Positions 40,231 to 50,810 of a stretch of DNA of 64,000 bases are shown in pieces. The notes under the pieces were generated by a model. The model was not told the origin of the DNA. It saw only the letters and a list, made by a program, of their open reading frames with translations, and searched no databases. The DNA is from an uncultured Candidatus Saccharibacteria bacterium. GTDB lineage: Bacteria > Patescibacteriota > Minisyncoccia > UBA6257 > 2-01-FULL-56-20. Numbering within the stretch: the first letter of the stretch is position 1; every line of letters begins with the position of its first letter. The stretch is taken from NCBI GenBank assembly GCA_965231155.1, contig OZ246418.1:174850-238849 (forward strand). The letters are read 5' to 3'. The translations under genes and the position numbers were made by a program.

Positions 40231-40818
40231 ATGGAACAGGGAATCCCCGTGAGATTCTCGCCGTGGATGCGACTCAGTGCGGTAGAAGCTGCCACCAAGG
40301 CTGGCAGCAGAAACCAAATGACTGAAACCTCTCTCTGGGTCTACTGGGTTCTGACCCGAGGAGGAAAAACACGGCTGGATCTCTTCGACGTTGGGAGAGA
40401 TCTCTTCTACAGTAATCCGTGGAGAGGTGCTCCTCCACAACCAAAGAAGAATCCCGTACTTAGTCGAGTGCTGGTCGTCGGCACAAACGCCGAAGTCAGT
40501 ACTATCCTCCAAGGAAACCCGCTGGCTCGAAAGTCTCCTAGCTATCAGGCATACAAGAAGGCTTTCGATCAGGGCATAAGACGTCTCAAAGTCGACAGTG
40601 TCGGAACCCTGGAAGGCTTCTGGCCTGTCTTCATGGGCGTTGATGATTTTCTTGGAAGGCCGGACGACCGGAGTTTGCCTTCTCTGGTAGTCACAACTGG
40701 ATTCATGAGAAACTACCCTCGCATAGGGGGTGAGACTCTTGAAGTTGCGGATCGACTCAAAGACATCTGCAAACTCTGCAACGTTCCAATTGAATTTATC
40801 CCTTCTTTTTGTTCGTAA
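40231..40818 (+). CDS. hypothetical protein (GC-rich, no family recognised)
   Basis: 196-aa ORF (track uses a GTG start at 40225; the ATG at 40231 has better SD spacing). High GC, own terminator. Confidence 0.5.
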   Translation: MEQGIPVRFSPWMRLSAVEAATKAGSRNQMTETSLWVYWVLTRGGKTRLDLFDVGRDLFYSNPWRGAPPQPKKNPVLSRVLVVGTNAEVSTILQGNPLARKSPSYQAYKKAFDQGIRRLKVDSVGTLEGFWPVFMGVDDFLGRPDDRSLPSLVVTTGFMRNYPRIGGETLEVADRLKDICKLCNVPIEFIPSFCS

Positions 40819-40850
40819 GCCGAAGATTTAATCTATCTCGGCTTTTTTTA
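40818..40850 (+). terminator. intrinsic terminator after the hypothetical ORF
   Basis: AGCCGA...TCGGCT stem followed by TTTTTTT. Confidence 0.6.
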
Positions 40851-40922
40851 TTAATCACGAAAAGCAGTTGCTCCATTTTCATAATTTGACACTTTATATA
40901 TATTATGTTATTAACCTATCGG

Positions 40923-40985
40923 TACCAACTCCCAAAGAGTTGGATTGATTAACCCTTAGCCCTCCCCCAAAGGGAGAAAGGAGTC
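40923..40985 (+). repeat. 63-nt conserved leader, copy 2, upstream of the NUDIX ORF
   Basis: 63/63 identity with 40165..40227; ends 4 nt before the ATG at 40990. Confidence 0.9.
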
Positions 40986-40989
40986 CGAG

Positions 40990-41634
40990 ATGACAAGCTC
41001 ACAAGAACGGTTCCTGGCTCTGGCCAAGGAGCCAAGGTTCAAGGGCTGGCGCATGGTCGGCGAACCGGAACTGGGAGCAAAGATTCCCTTTTTCGGCCAG
41101 GAACTGAGGTACAAGCTCGAAACCGGAAACGGAACCGAGGAGTACGTTTCCCTCCTCAGGCATTTTGGCTGGGTCGTGGTCTTCGGCGTCAACACTGAAG
41201 GCATGGTGGTGACACTGTGCCAGTGGAAGCCTGGCGTGAACTGCGCCTCTTGGGAGCTCCCTCCGGGAGGAATCGGTCGCGTCAAAACCGATCTCTCTTC
41301 GGATGAGCTTCTCAGGAAAACCCAGGAAGCGTATACTCGCGAAACCGGATACGCTGGCGGCACTTGGAACTACCTCGGTCACGTCATGATCGAGAGCGGC
41401 AAGTATCGCGGCGCAACGGTCGACGACCACGGACTGAAGGCTCACATGTACCTCGCAACTGGTCTGGAGAAGGGAGCGGAAGCTCGCAATCCCAACCCGA
41501 ACGAGATCATGGAAACGATTCTCGTCCCCTTGGACGAGTTCCGCGAGATCGTGTTGAGCCCGAATCGACTCTTCAAGGAAGCCTCGGCTCTGCCTTGCGC
41601 TCTTCTTGCTTTGTCGAAACTCGGCAGGTTGTAG
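40990..41634 (+). CDS. NUDIX hydrolase, ADP-ribose pyrophosphatase (NudF)-like with degenerate Nudix box
   Basis: WELPPGGIGRVKTDLSSDELLRKTQEAYTRETGY (Nudix-box-like, RETGY in place of EExGU), and NudF-like N- and C-terminal layout. GC-rich. Confidence 0.55.
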   Translation: MTSSQERFLALAKEPRFKGWRMVGEPELGAKIPFFGQELRYKLETGNGTEEYVSLLRHFGWVVVFGVNTEGMVVTLCQWKPGVNCASWELPPGGIGRVKTDLSSDELLRKTQEAYTRETGYAGGTWNYLGHVMIESGKYRGATVDDHGLKAHMYLATGLEKGAEARNPNPNEIMETILVPLDEFREIVLSPNRLFKEASALPCALLALSKLGRL

Positions 41635-41652
41635 CAAATCTGCCTTTATGCA

Positions 41653-41689
41653 AAGCCTTAGGAGAAATTTTCTCCTAAGGCTTTTTTAT
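41653..41689 (+). terminator. rho-independent terminator after the NUDIX gene (palindromic, possibly bidirectional with gmd)
   Basis: Perfect 16-bp palindrome AAGCCTTAGGAGAAAA/TTTTCTCCTAAGGCTT followed by TTTTTAT. Confidence 0.8.
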
Positions 41690-41712
41690 ATATTTCTCAC
41701 AGAAAGACTCTC

Positions 41713-42714
41713 CTAACTCTTCGTCGCGCCCCACTTCTCCAGATCAGCGTCCATCATAATCTTTACCAAGTCATCAAATTTAGTCTTTGGTTCCCAATCA
41801 AATTTGTTCTTTGCTTTCGACGCATCGGCAATTAAGTCTTCTACCTCGGTAGGACGATAGTAGCGAGGATCGATCTCTACATACTGCTCCCAGTCATTGA
41901 TCCCGGCGTGTTTGAAAGCCGCTATCAGAAAATCTTTTACTGAATGACTCTCGCCAGTGCCAATCACATAGTCATCAGGTTCTGACTGTTGCAACATCAT
42001 CCACGCTGCTTCCATATATTCTGGTGCATATCCCCAGTCGCGCCGTGCCTCCAAATTCCCAAGATATAATTTCTTATCCAATCCAGCAACGATTCGCGCA
42101 ATCCCCCGAGTAATCTTTTTAGTGACAAATGTTTCTCCCCGACGAGGACTTTCGTGATTAAAAAGAATGCCATTGACTGCAAAGATATTGTAGGCCTCCC
42201 GATAGTTCTTAGCCGTATGATACGCAAACACCTTGGCACAGCCATATGGACTTCGCGGATAAAACTGAGTCAGTTCATTTTGGGGAGGTGGGGTAGCACC
42301 AAACATCTCTGAAGAAGAAGCTTGGTAAAATTTTATTTTCTTTCCCGTGTTTTCCTCAAAATCTTTAATAGCCTCGAGTACACGCAGTGCCCCGACACCA
42401 ACAATCTCTGCGGTATATTCAGGAATATCAAAGCTCACCCGGACGTGAGACTGCGCACCGAGATTATATATTTCGTCTGGTTCAATCTTATAAATCAGCC
42501 TGCGGATTGTGTTGGAATCAGAAAGATCGCCAAAGTGGAGCTTGAATGTCGCTCCAGAAAGATGCGGATCTTGATAAATATGATCAAGTCTGGCCGTATT
42601 GAACGTTGAAGCCCGACGCATGATGCCATGCACCTCGTACCCCTTCTGGAGGAGAAGTTCTAATAAGTAAGAACCATCCTGACCAGTGATACCCGTGATG
42701 AGGGCTTTTTTCAT
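41713..42714 (-). CDS. gmd: GDP-mannose 4,6-dehydratase
   Basis: [31 protein letters not shown] and a conserved GMD core; 333 aa. Confidence 0.9.
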   Translation of the reverse strand: MKKALITGITGQDGSYLLELLLQKGYEVHGIMRRASTFNTARLDHIYQDPHLSGATFKLHFGDLSDSNTIRRLIYKIEPDEIYNLGAQSHVRVSFDIPEYTAEIVGVGALRVLEAIKDFEENTGKKIKFYQASSSEMFGATPPPQNELTQFYPRSPYGCAKVFAYHTAKNYREAYNIFAVNGILFNHESPRRGETFVTKKITRGIARIVAGLDKKLYLGNLEARRDWGYAPEYMEAAWMMLQQSEPDDYVIGTGESHSVKDFLIAAFKHAGINDWEQYVEIDPRYYRPTEVEDLIADASKAKNKFDWEPKTKFDDLVKIMMDADLEKWGATKS

Positions 42715-42717
42715 AAA

Positions 42718-43380
42718 CTATTTTGCCTTAACAGCACCTGTGTTTAGCTGCCTCTTCTTTAAGAACTCATCAAGTAATTGTTGTGTTTTCGTATCAGTTG
42801 GCCACAAGGTCGTGATCTGATTAGCAATAGCAGTAGTCTTATCGACATCTCCCTGAAGACGATAGAGATCAAAAAGCCCATATAAGAACTGCGGTCGATT
42901 CGGAGCCATTTCATGTCCCAAAGAATAATATTTCTCTGAGGTAGCTAAATATTTTGGATTTCTAGTCTGGACGTAGGCGACCTCATTCATTGAACCCAGT
43001 ACGAATAGATTCTGACCAAAACTCATACCTCGCCCATCCTGCATCATTGGCGCATACAAACTTTCCACATAGCGAAGTAGTTCTTCAGTTGCAGGCGCCT
43101 GGGCAGCGCTAAATCGCTGAACCGTAGAAAGAATGACGCTGGAGAAATGACGGATGGCTTCTCCTTGTCCGATAGGCGAGGGAATAGCAAACACTTCGTT
43201 AAACGCCATCTTCACATCGTCAATGGAACGCATATTGTCCATAGACTGCAATGTAATAATAAATGTTTCTGATTTTTTGAGTGGGAGATACGAGCCAAAA
43301 TAAATTAACCAAAGCAGGAACAAGCTCCCCACAATCGCAACCACCTGTTTGATGCCCGTATCGTTTCTTGGTGTGTTCAT
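42718..43380 (-). CDS. hypothetical membrane-anchored protein
   Basis: N-terminal TM helix; no recognisable motif. Confidence 0.4.
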   Translation of the reverse strand: MNTPRNDTGIKQVVAIVGSLFLLWLIYFGSYLPLKKSETFIITLQSMDNMRSIDDVKMAFNEVFAIPSPIGQGEAIRHFSSVILSTVQRFSAAQAPATEELLRYVESLYAPMMQDGRGMSFGQNLFVLGSMNEVAYVQTRNPKYLATSEKYYSLGHEMAPNRPQFLYGLFDLYRLQGDVDKTTAIANQITTLWPTDTKTQQLLDEFLKKRQLNTGAVKAK

Positions 43381-43396
43381 AGGAATGTTGAATGTA

Positions 43397-44863
43397 TTAT
43401 TTTCTTATTGGAGCTGAATCTGTCTTAAAAATAAAGCTCGCCAATGCCAAAAAGAAAAAGAGGTTTATATAGATTGGCAAAACATCAAAGAGGATGAGGC
43501 CCTGCACAAAATATCCAACCGGCACGACACCAATCAATCCCCAGGCCCAAGGAGAAAGGTAAAACTTCTCTCTTGGTGTCTGCGGTAGATCATCTTTGAA
43601 ACCTCGAATTTTCACTCCAAAGAACTGGAGATAGAAGACAATAAATATACTCAAGAAACTCAACACTCCAAGCAATCCTGTTTCCGCGAGGTAATCAAAG
43701 AAAACACTGTGCGCCCGATCAAACCAAGTCTCACTATTCTGACCAGGAACAAAATGCCTCTGATCGAAATGGCGATCAAAAACAGTACTGAAATTTTCTG
43801 GACCCCAGCCTAAAAGAGGGCGCTCCTTAAATCCTTGCCAGGCACTATTCCAAGTCCAGAAACGGGTCTGAGCAGTTTGCTCACTGAAACCAACATTGAA
43901 AAGCCTTCCGATTGGCAACTTCTGAATAGCGGGGGTGCGACCCAAAGAGAAAAGCGTTCCCACGCCTAAAACTGCAAAGAGAAGGATTCCTCCTGTCCAC
44001 TTTCGACTTGGCTTATGGGTAATAGCCATATAGACCAGGAATGCAAATACCGCGGCTAGAAGTCCCAAGAATGCTCCGCGTGTCTGACTAACTAAAAAGA
44101 AGAAAAAGAAAATGAAAACAGTAGCAATATAAAGTAACGCCTCCAAAGACCGATTCTTGAATCGTCGTTCAGACCACAAGAAAAAAGCATACGCCATACT
44201 AAACATTAAATATGGCGCGACATAGGCCGGATTTCCTAGAGATCCCTGGAAGCGTGTTCCGGTAAACAATGCTGATAGCGTCTTAGGCAGTTGGTCTTTT
44301 GGAGTCCCCTGGTATGGGGTAATGAAACGACTAATGAAATTATTACAGGCAGTTATATTGCCTTTGAAATCATACGTGCAAAACCAGCTCTGATTATGAA
44401 GGAAAAGGAATCCAAAGACACCATAAAGAATCATGAGACAGGCGGCCAAAAGGAACATCTTCAAGGCCCAAATCCAGTCTGTTTTGGTGCGCAAGGTGAG
44501 TACGGCAAGCACAAAAAAGGCGTAGTAATGAAGCATCTGGAACGCACCCTCACCTCGTTCAAAGTTTGACCAGAAAGCACCATTCACGTCGTACGCAAAA
44601 AGAGCGGCGAGAAGGAAAGACAACACAAAAGCAGAAACTGCCAAAAATAGTGGTCTTGATAACAAGTCTTTGATCGCTTCTCCTGATTCTTTGGCGCTGG
44701 CCTCAAAAGCCCACCACAGCAACCAGGCGATCGCCGAAAGTGATATCATCGTCCGAAAGAAGTAATATTTTCCCCCAATAAAAGGGAAGAATGTGGCGGT
44801 GAGTACGATGACGACTGAGAAAATTGAAGCGTACAGAAACCACCGAGAAATCTTAAGGAGCAT
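43397..44863 (-). CDS. O-antigen ligase / Wzy_C family membrane protein
   Basis: 488-aa multi-TM protein with a periplasmic loop containing LVSQTRGAFLGLLAAV (Wzy_C-like). Confidence 0.55.
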   Translation of the reverse strand: MLLKISRWFLYASIFSVVIVLTATFFPFIGGKYYFFRTMISLSAIAWLLWWAFEASAKESGEAIKDLLSRPLFLAVSAFVLSFLLAALFAYDVNGAFWSNFERGEGAFQMLHYYAFFVLAVLTLRTKTDWIWALKMFLLAACLMILYGVFGFLFLHNQSWFCTYDFKGNITACNNFISRFITPYQGTPKDQLPKTLSALFTGTRFQGSLGNPAYVAPYLMFSMAYAFFLWSERRFKNRSLEALLYIATVFIFFFFFLVSQTRGAFLGLLAAVFAFLVYMAITHKPSRKWTGGILLFAVLGVGTLFSLGRTPAIQKLPIGRLFNVGFSEQTAQTRFWTWNSAWQGFKERPLLGWGPENFSTVFDRHFDQRHFVPGQNSETWFDRAHSVFFDYLAETGLLGVLSFLSIFIVFYLQFFGVKIRGFKDDLPQTPREKFYLSPWAWGLIGVVPVGYFVQGLILFDVLPIYINLFFFLALASFIFKTDSAPIRK

Positions 44864-44879
44864 ATGATTTAATAAAAAA

Positions 44880-46400
44880 TTATTTAGCGTATTCGACAGC
44901 TCGCGTTTCGCGGATCACGTTCACTTTGATTTCGCCAGGATATCGTAACTCGGACTGTATGCGATTGGCAATCTGACGGGCCATCTCCAAAGCACCAAAA
45001 TCATCAATCTTTTCCGGGACGACAAACACTCGCAGTTCACGCCCTGCCGAAATAGCATACGAGCTCTTCACTCCTGGAAACTCGCCAGCAATTTTTTCGA
45101 GATCAGCCAAGCGCTTTACATAATTTTCTAAAGTACCTCGACGAGCGCCAGGGCGGGCCGCCGAGAGCACATCGGCTGCCGTCACCAAGAAAGCTTCGGG
45201 AATAGCATATGGGTACTCGTCATGGTGCGACTGCATAGCTTCAATCACTTTCTCATCGACACCATACTTCTTCAGAATTTTTCGGCCAATTTCCACATGA
45301 GTTCCCTCAACTTCATGGTCAATTGCCTTTCCAATATCGTGGAGCAAGGCACCTTTCTTGGCCACCGTGACATTTAATCCCAGCTCGGACGCAAGATACG
45401 AAGCAATATGCACCATCTCGAGTGAGTGATTCAAGACGTTCTGACCAAAGCTGGTACGGAAGTGCAATCGTCCCACCAGTTCCAAAATCTCCTTTGGTAG
45501 ATCATAGATACCAACTTCCATGGCCGCCGCTTCTCCGATTTCACCAATTCGCTTCTGCAACTCCTGCTTCGCTTCCTCAACCTTCTCCTCAATTTTTGCT
45601 GGCTGAATGCGCCCATCTTTAATTAGCTTCTCTAAGGCCAGCAATGCCACCTCTCGACGGAATGGATCGAAGGATGAAATAACAATCGTGTCTGGTGTCT
45701 CATCGATAATAAACTCCGCACCGGTTTCTCTTTCCAGGGTACGAATGTTTCTTCCCTCGCGACCGATGATCTTACCCTTAATCTCTTCGTTGTTCAGATG
45801 AAACACAGAGGTAGTCATCTCAGCCACATGAGAACGTGCATACGTCTGAAGCGAAGTAGTAATAACTTCGGACATCTTCCGATCAATTTCTGCCTGACGC
45901 TCCTGAACCAACTTCTTCGAGAGTACTAAAATATCCTGACGATACGACTCCTCGATCTGACGGAACATCTCCTCCTTGGCTTTTTCCGGAGAAAGACCGC
46001 TTACTTCATGTAATCGCTTCTCAATCTGTTTTCGCTTCTCATCTAAATCTTTCTGATCCTCGGCGATCTTATCAATCTTCACTCGATATGCCGCCTCCTC
46101 TCGGTGCAGTTCACTTAGGCGCTTGTCCAAGCCCTCTTCTCGTTCAAGGACTCGCTTTTCTAAACTGATAATCTCGGCTTTTCTTTCGCGGTCTTCTTTC
46201 TGTAACTCCGCCAAAACATCGGCCGCCTTCTTCTGCGCCTCGACAATAATTGCTGCTGCCTTCTGTTCTGAGGCCTCTAAATTCGCCTTAGACTTCTCCT
46301 CGAGCGAACTCGCCTGTCTGGTTCCCCAGACGTGCCGCACTCCGTATCCCCCTGCAATCCCTGCCACAAAGATCCCCAAGAGTATTGGTAGATTTTCCAT
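44880..46400 (-). CDS. rny: ribonuclease Y
   Basis: N-terminal TM helix and coiled coil, KH domain (GKIIGREGRNIRTLE), HD domain (LHDIGKA...H). Confidence 0.95.
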   Translation of the reverse strand: MENLPILLGIFVAGIAGGYGVRHVWGTRQASSLEEKSKANLEASEQKAAAIIVEAQKKAADVLAELQKEDRERKAEIISLEKRVLEREEGLDKRLSELHREEAAYRVKIDKIAEDQKDLDEKRKQIEKRLHEVSGLSPEKAKEEMFRQIEESYRQDILVLSKKLVQERQAEIDRKMSEVITTSLQTYARSHVAEMTTSVFHLNNEEIKGKIIGREGRNIRTLERETGAEFIIDETPDTIVISSFDPFRREVALLALEKLIKDGRIQPAKIEEKVEEAKQELQKRIGEIGEAAAMEVGIYDLPKEILELVGRLHFRTSFGQNVLNHSLEMVHIASYLASELGLNVTVAKKGALLHDIGKAIDHEVEGTHVEIGRKILKKYGVDEKVIEAMQSHHDEYPYAIPEAFLVTAADVLSAARPGARRGTLENYVKRLADLEKIAGEFPGVKSSYAISAGRELRVFVVPEKIDDFGALEMARQIANRIQSELRYPGEIKVNVIRETRAVEYAK

Positions 46401-46590
46401 AAAAATAATAGATTCCCAAATGCAGTTTTAAGTTTTTGAGCATTCTTGATTCGGGAAAAAGAGACTTTTTTAACCTAAATTGGTTGTACCCATTATAGAT
46501 TAATGTAGGTACTAAGTCAAAGGATCGCTCCTCTCTAAAGTACGTGCACATTTTGGTCAATGGTTCTTTTTCCTCTACAATAGATAGTAC

Positions 46591-48120
46591 ATGAAACCTG
46601 TCACTGTTCTTATCGTGCTTGATGGTTGGGGAATCGGTCACAACGATGACTCAAACCCGATGCGCAAAGCCAAACTACCCACCTTCGACTGGCTCTACGA
46701 GCACTTTCCGGTCACCAGTCTTCAGGCTTCGGGGATTAGCGTTGGTCTACCGTGGGGCGAAACTTCAAATAGCGAGGTTGGTCACTTAACTATTGGTTCG
46801 GGGAAGATCGTCTACCAGTACTACCCTCGAATTACATTGGCTATCCGCGACAATAGTTTTTTTGAAAACCAAGCTTTCCTCCAAGCCTGTGAACACGCTC
46901 GAAAAAATAACTCGGCGGTCAATATTATGGGACTTCTTAGCAAAGGAAATGTCCATGCCTCCGTTGAACATATGCGCGCGATGATTAAATTAGTTGAGGA
47001 CCAGAAGGTTCCCTACAAACTTCACATCTGGGCTGATGGCAAAGACACTCCACCAAAAAGTTTTGAAGATTTAATAAAAAATGTGCCTCGCGAAAAAATC
47101 GCCACCATTATTGGTCGCTATTATGCCATGGACCATGGTCGCAACTGGCGCTCAACTGAACGAGCCTACCAGGGACTTACCACTGAAAGTGGTGAGGTGG
47201 TGAACGATTGGAAACCAACGCTCGACAACTTATACGATCAAAAATTATCAGAAGAGTTTCTCCCGCCCCTCCGCCTCCAACCCGGTGTGCCAATTCAAGA
47301 TAACGAAGCAATTATCTTCTGCAATTTTCGCGAAGATGGCGTCCGACAAATTGCCGAGGCGTTTCTCCTGCCAAACTTTGATAAATTTCCGGTCAAAAAA
47401 TTCCAGAATCTTTTTGCGGTGACGATGACTCGTTATGAGAATACTATTACTGCACCCGTGGCTTTTCCACCAGATGATGTAAAAAATCCATTGGGCAAAG
47501 TGCTTTCGGATAACAATCTTTCTCAACTACGTCTGGCCGAGACTTATAAATACGCGCACGTCACCTACTTCTTTAATGGTTACGAAGAGAAACCTTATCC
47601 AAATGAATATCGCATCCTTGTCCCCTCACTCACTACCCCTAAGATCGACGAGCATCCAGAGATGATGGCCACTGCCATCACCGATCGTGCCTTGGCGGCG
47701 ATCCAGGACCACTCTTTTGATTTTATTCTTATCAACTACGCCAATGGCGATATGGTCGCCCACACCGGAAACTATGATGCCGGAATCAAAGCGGCAGAAG
47801 TGATCGATCAAGAAATTGCCCGTATTCTCAAAGTGGCTCTTTCTGCCCCAGCCAATATCCTCATTACCTCAGATCATGGCAATCTTGAAGAAATGTTCAA
47901 TCCCCTGACTGGACGATACGAAACTCAACACGATCCCAGTCCAGTTCCTTGTTATCTTATTGGTCCAGGTCTAGAAGGAAAAAAATTTATTAACCAAGAT
48001 ACCTATGCGCAAGAAACATTAGGGATTCTTTCTGATGTGGCACCGACAGTTCTCCATATTCTTGGAGTTACGCCACCACCAGATATGACTGGACACAATC
48101 TTCTCGAAAAACTAGTATAA
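46591..48120 (+). CDS. gpmI: 2,3-bisphosphoglycerate-independent phosphoglycerate mutase
   Basis: VLIVLDGWG, SEVGHLTIGSG and a C-terminal metal-binding region; 509 aa. Confidence 0.9.
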   Translation: MKPVTVLIVLDGWGIGHNDDSNPMRKAKLPTFDWLYEHFPVTSLQASGISVGLPWGETSNSEVGHLTIGSGKIVYQYYPRITLAIRDNSFFENQAFLQACEHARKNNSAVNIMGLLSKGNVHASVEHMRAMIKLVEDQKVPYKLHIWADGKDTPPKSFEDLIKNVPREKIATIIGRYYAMDHGRNWRSTERAYQGLTTESGEVVNDWKPTLDNLYDQKLSEEFLPPLRLQPGVPIQDNEAIIFCNFREDGVRQIAEAFLLPNFDKFPVKKFQNLFAVTMTRYENTITAPVAFPPDDVKNPLGKVLSDNNLSQLRLAETYKYAHVTYFFNGYEEKPYPNEYRILVPSLTTPKIDEHPEMMATAITDRALAAIQDHSFDFILINYANGDMVAHTGNYDAGIKAAEVIDQEIARILKVALSAPANILITSDHGNLEEMFNPLTGRYETQHDPSPVPCYLIGPGLEGKKFINQDTYAQETLGILSDVAPTVLHILGVTPPPDMTGHNLLEKLV

Positions 48121-48126
48121 GAATAC

Positions 48127-48480
48127 ATGATTCGTGTTCTCGCGGCCCTTATTGGAAATACTTTTGCCCTCCTCTTGTCCCAGGCGATTGTTCCCGGCCT
48201 TCAACTTTCGCCCAATTTCTTTGACACTCTGATCCTCGCTCTGGTTCTTACCGGGTTAAACTTTTTCCTTAAACCAATCCTCCATCTCATTTTCGGTCCA
48301 ATTATCATCCTCACCCTAGGAATTGGAGCCTTCGCAGTGAATATGGTGATAATTTATATTCTTGACATTCTCTCTAAAGCGATTACGATTCAAGGGAATC
48401 TGATGATAACGTTGCTTTTCACCTCGTTCATCGTCAGCCTGGTCAACACTATCATCCATTCGACTCATAAAAAATCATGA
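48127..48480 (+). CDS. DUF360 / phage-holin-4_2-like small membrane protein
   Basis: 117 aa, 4 TM helices, YvlD-like. Confidence 0.6.
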   Translation: MIRVLAALIGNTFALLLSQAIVPGLQLSPNFFDTLILALVLTGLNFFLKPILHLIFGPIIILTLGIGAFAVNMVIIYILDILSKAITIQGNLMITLLFTSFIVSLVNTIIHSTHKKS

Positions 48481-48695
48481 TCTTTAGCCTCCTTCAACTC
48501 ATTACCGCAATTGCAATCATTACCCTTATTCTCCTTCAGGAGCGTTCCAGTGGTGCCTCTGGTCTTTTGGGTGGCGGAGATTCTACTCACAGTTTTTATC
48601 AGGCACGTCGTGGCGTGGAACGCATGATCTTCCGATCAACAATCGTTCTCGTTGTCGCCTTTGCTGTTCTCTCGGTTTTCCAGTTGTCGGCGTAA
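48477..48695 (+). CDS. secG: preprotein translocase subunit SecG
   Basis: 72 aa, two TM helices, LLQERSSGASGLLGGGDS motif. Confidence 0.8.
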   Translation: MIFSLLQLITAIAIITLILLQERSSGASGLLGGGDSTHSFYQARRGVERMIFRSTIVLVVAFAVLSVFQLSA

Positions 48696-48805
48696 AAAAA
48701 TCTCATCCCCACTTCGCGGTGGGTTTACTATTTCCCCTTCTCTCGTCATACTTTATAGAGAAAGTTTTTAGTGTCTCTTGTATCACCTAATTTCTTGCTA
48801 CTTCT

Positions 48806-50434
48806 TTGATCTATCGTTTTAAAAAAATCTGGCTCGCCTTAAATAACCAAGAACGCCAGTACGCCGTCTTTTTTTCTATCATCGGTGGTATTGCGCTCTG
48901 TGTTGTTCTCTGGCTCCTCTTTACCGCAATCACTACTCCCGCCCCCGCAACTGGAGGATCTTTCAAGGAAGGTGTTGTCGGCCAACCAGCTAGTCTCAAT
49001 CCACTCCTCTCAAAAAATGAAGCAGAAGCGGATCTTTCCCGTCTTCTTTTTTCTCCCCTCTCGCAGCTAACCGAAAGCATTACCCTCTCTAAAGACGGAA
49101 CTTTCTGGACAGTCCGCCTCAAGGAAAACCTTTCCTGGCACGACAAAGAACCAATCACCAGCGATGATATTATTTTTACCATCCAACAGATTCAGGACCC
49201 TAGTGCCAATGCCCCACTCTTCAGTACTTTTCAGGGCGTGAAGACTGAACGCCTTAGCGAACGAGAGGCGAAGGTAATTCCTGCGTCACGCACCTCACCG
49301 TTTCTTTTTGAAACACGCATCGCTGATTTACAAATTATTCCCCGACATATCTTTTCCTCAATTCCTCCCCACAACTGGCTTCTTTCTGAGTACAACTTGA
49401 AACCGATTGGCAGTGGTCCCTACAAATTCGAGAAACTTATCCTCCAAAACGATGGTTTCCTTGAAAGCTATACACTCTCTTCGTTCCAACAAGGGAATCT
49501 CTCTCATACTCCCTATATCTCAACCTTTATTGTCCGTTTCTTTAAAAATAAACAGGAGGCTGAATCGGCTTTTCGCTATGGTCGCATCGACGGCATTGGA
49601 GGTGTCGATCCATACGAAGCAAAATCTATCAGTCGTCCAGCCCAAACACTTCTCTACCAAACCAATGGATACTACGCGGTTTTTATGAATCAAAGCCGAA
49701 ACGAACTCCTACGAGAACTATCTATCCGCAGAGCATTAAATAATAGTGTTTCCCGAAAAGAATTGGCCACTAAAGTTCTTAATGACTACGGCCAACCCAC
49801 ATTCGGCCTTATACCCACCACCGAAACCACCACGCTTTCGGACAGCCAGGTGATACTGACCGCTCTCGGTCTCACCAGAAACGACAGTGACAAACTCGTA
49901 GAAGCTAATGGTCAGGGCATTAAACCGATCGAACTTATCGTCCCGGAACTGCCCTTCCTCGAACACACCGCAGAGATTCTTAAAACTTCTTGGGAAAAAC
50001 TTGGATTTACCATAACCATAAAAACACTGCCAATCGAAACAGTAGTCAATGAAACAATCCCGCGTCGTGATTACGAGATGCTTTTGTTTGGAAATATTCC
50101 AAAACCTGCTGAAGATCTCTACCCATTCTGGCACTCTTCTCAGATCTTCCATCCCGGACTAAATCTTAGTCTCTATAAAAATAGCCAATTAGATAGCTTA
50201 TTAACTGAAACAAGAGCAACCCCAAGCAGTACTGAAAGAATGACGACCCTGAAAAAAGCTGATCAGATCATACAAAACAATCTACCGGCAATCTTCCTCT
50301 ACTCTCCTGCTTATGTCTATCTGACCGTCAAACAAGTTGGTGGCGTTACTCCAACAAGTTCTTTCTCTTCTCCGGCTGATCGATTTTATGATGTCGCCGA
50401 GTGGCACCTAAGAACAAAACGGATACTTAAGTAA
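48806..50434 (+). CDS. ABC transporter substrate-binding protein (family 5, peptide/nickel-type)
   Basis: N-terminal anchor plus an SBP_bac_5-like fold; 542 aa. Confidence 0.65.
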   Translation: MIYRFKKIWLALNNQERQYAVFFSIIGGIALCVVLWLLFTAITTPAPATGGSFKEGVVGQPASLNPLLSKNEAEADLSRLLFSPLSQLTESITLSKDGTFWTVRLKENLSWHDKEPITSDDIIFTIQQIQDPSANAPLFSTFQGVKTERLSEREAKVIPASRTSPFLFETRIADLQIIPRHIFSSIPPHNWLLSEYNLKPIGSGPYKFEKLILQNDGFLESYTLSSFQQGNLSHTPYISTFIVRFFKNKQEAESAFRYGRIDGIGGVDPYEAKSISRPAQTLLYQTNGYYAVFMNQSRNELLRELSIRRALNNSVSRKELATKVLNDYGQPTFGLIPTTETTTLSDSQVILTALGLTRNDSDKLVEANGQGIKPIELIVPELPFLEHTAEILKTSWEKLGFTITIKTLPIETVVNETIPRRDYEMLLFGNIPKPAEDLYPFWHSSQIFHPGLNLSLYKNSQLDSLLTETRATPSSTERMTTLKKADQIIQNNLPAIFLYSPAYVYLTVKQVGGVTPTSSFSSPADRFYDVAEWHLRTKRILK

Positions 50435-50640
50435 TAAGGTTGACGGATCCCTTTGCTGGTTGTAGTATTATCGTAACGTTTGAAACTCTCCTTTATGTCT
50501 TTTGTTTCTTTTTCGTCCACGAAGGAACTCGCCGCTTAGGCAGTTTTTAGGGCGTTATTAGAAATTCGAGAGAAAGATTTCAGAGGGGATCGCTTGCTGA
50601 GGTGGCCCCGCCTAGGCGGGACAAGAGTTTAAAAAGTTAG

Positions 50641-50723
<83 letters not shown>

Positions 50724-50810
50724 CTAGAATTAGGAAGATAGTAGTAAAATAATGGTCGATAATCATATCTTTCCTATTCGTTATTAAGTTACATTATTAA
50801 ATAATTATAT

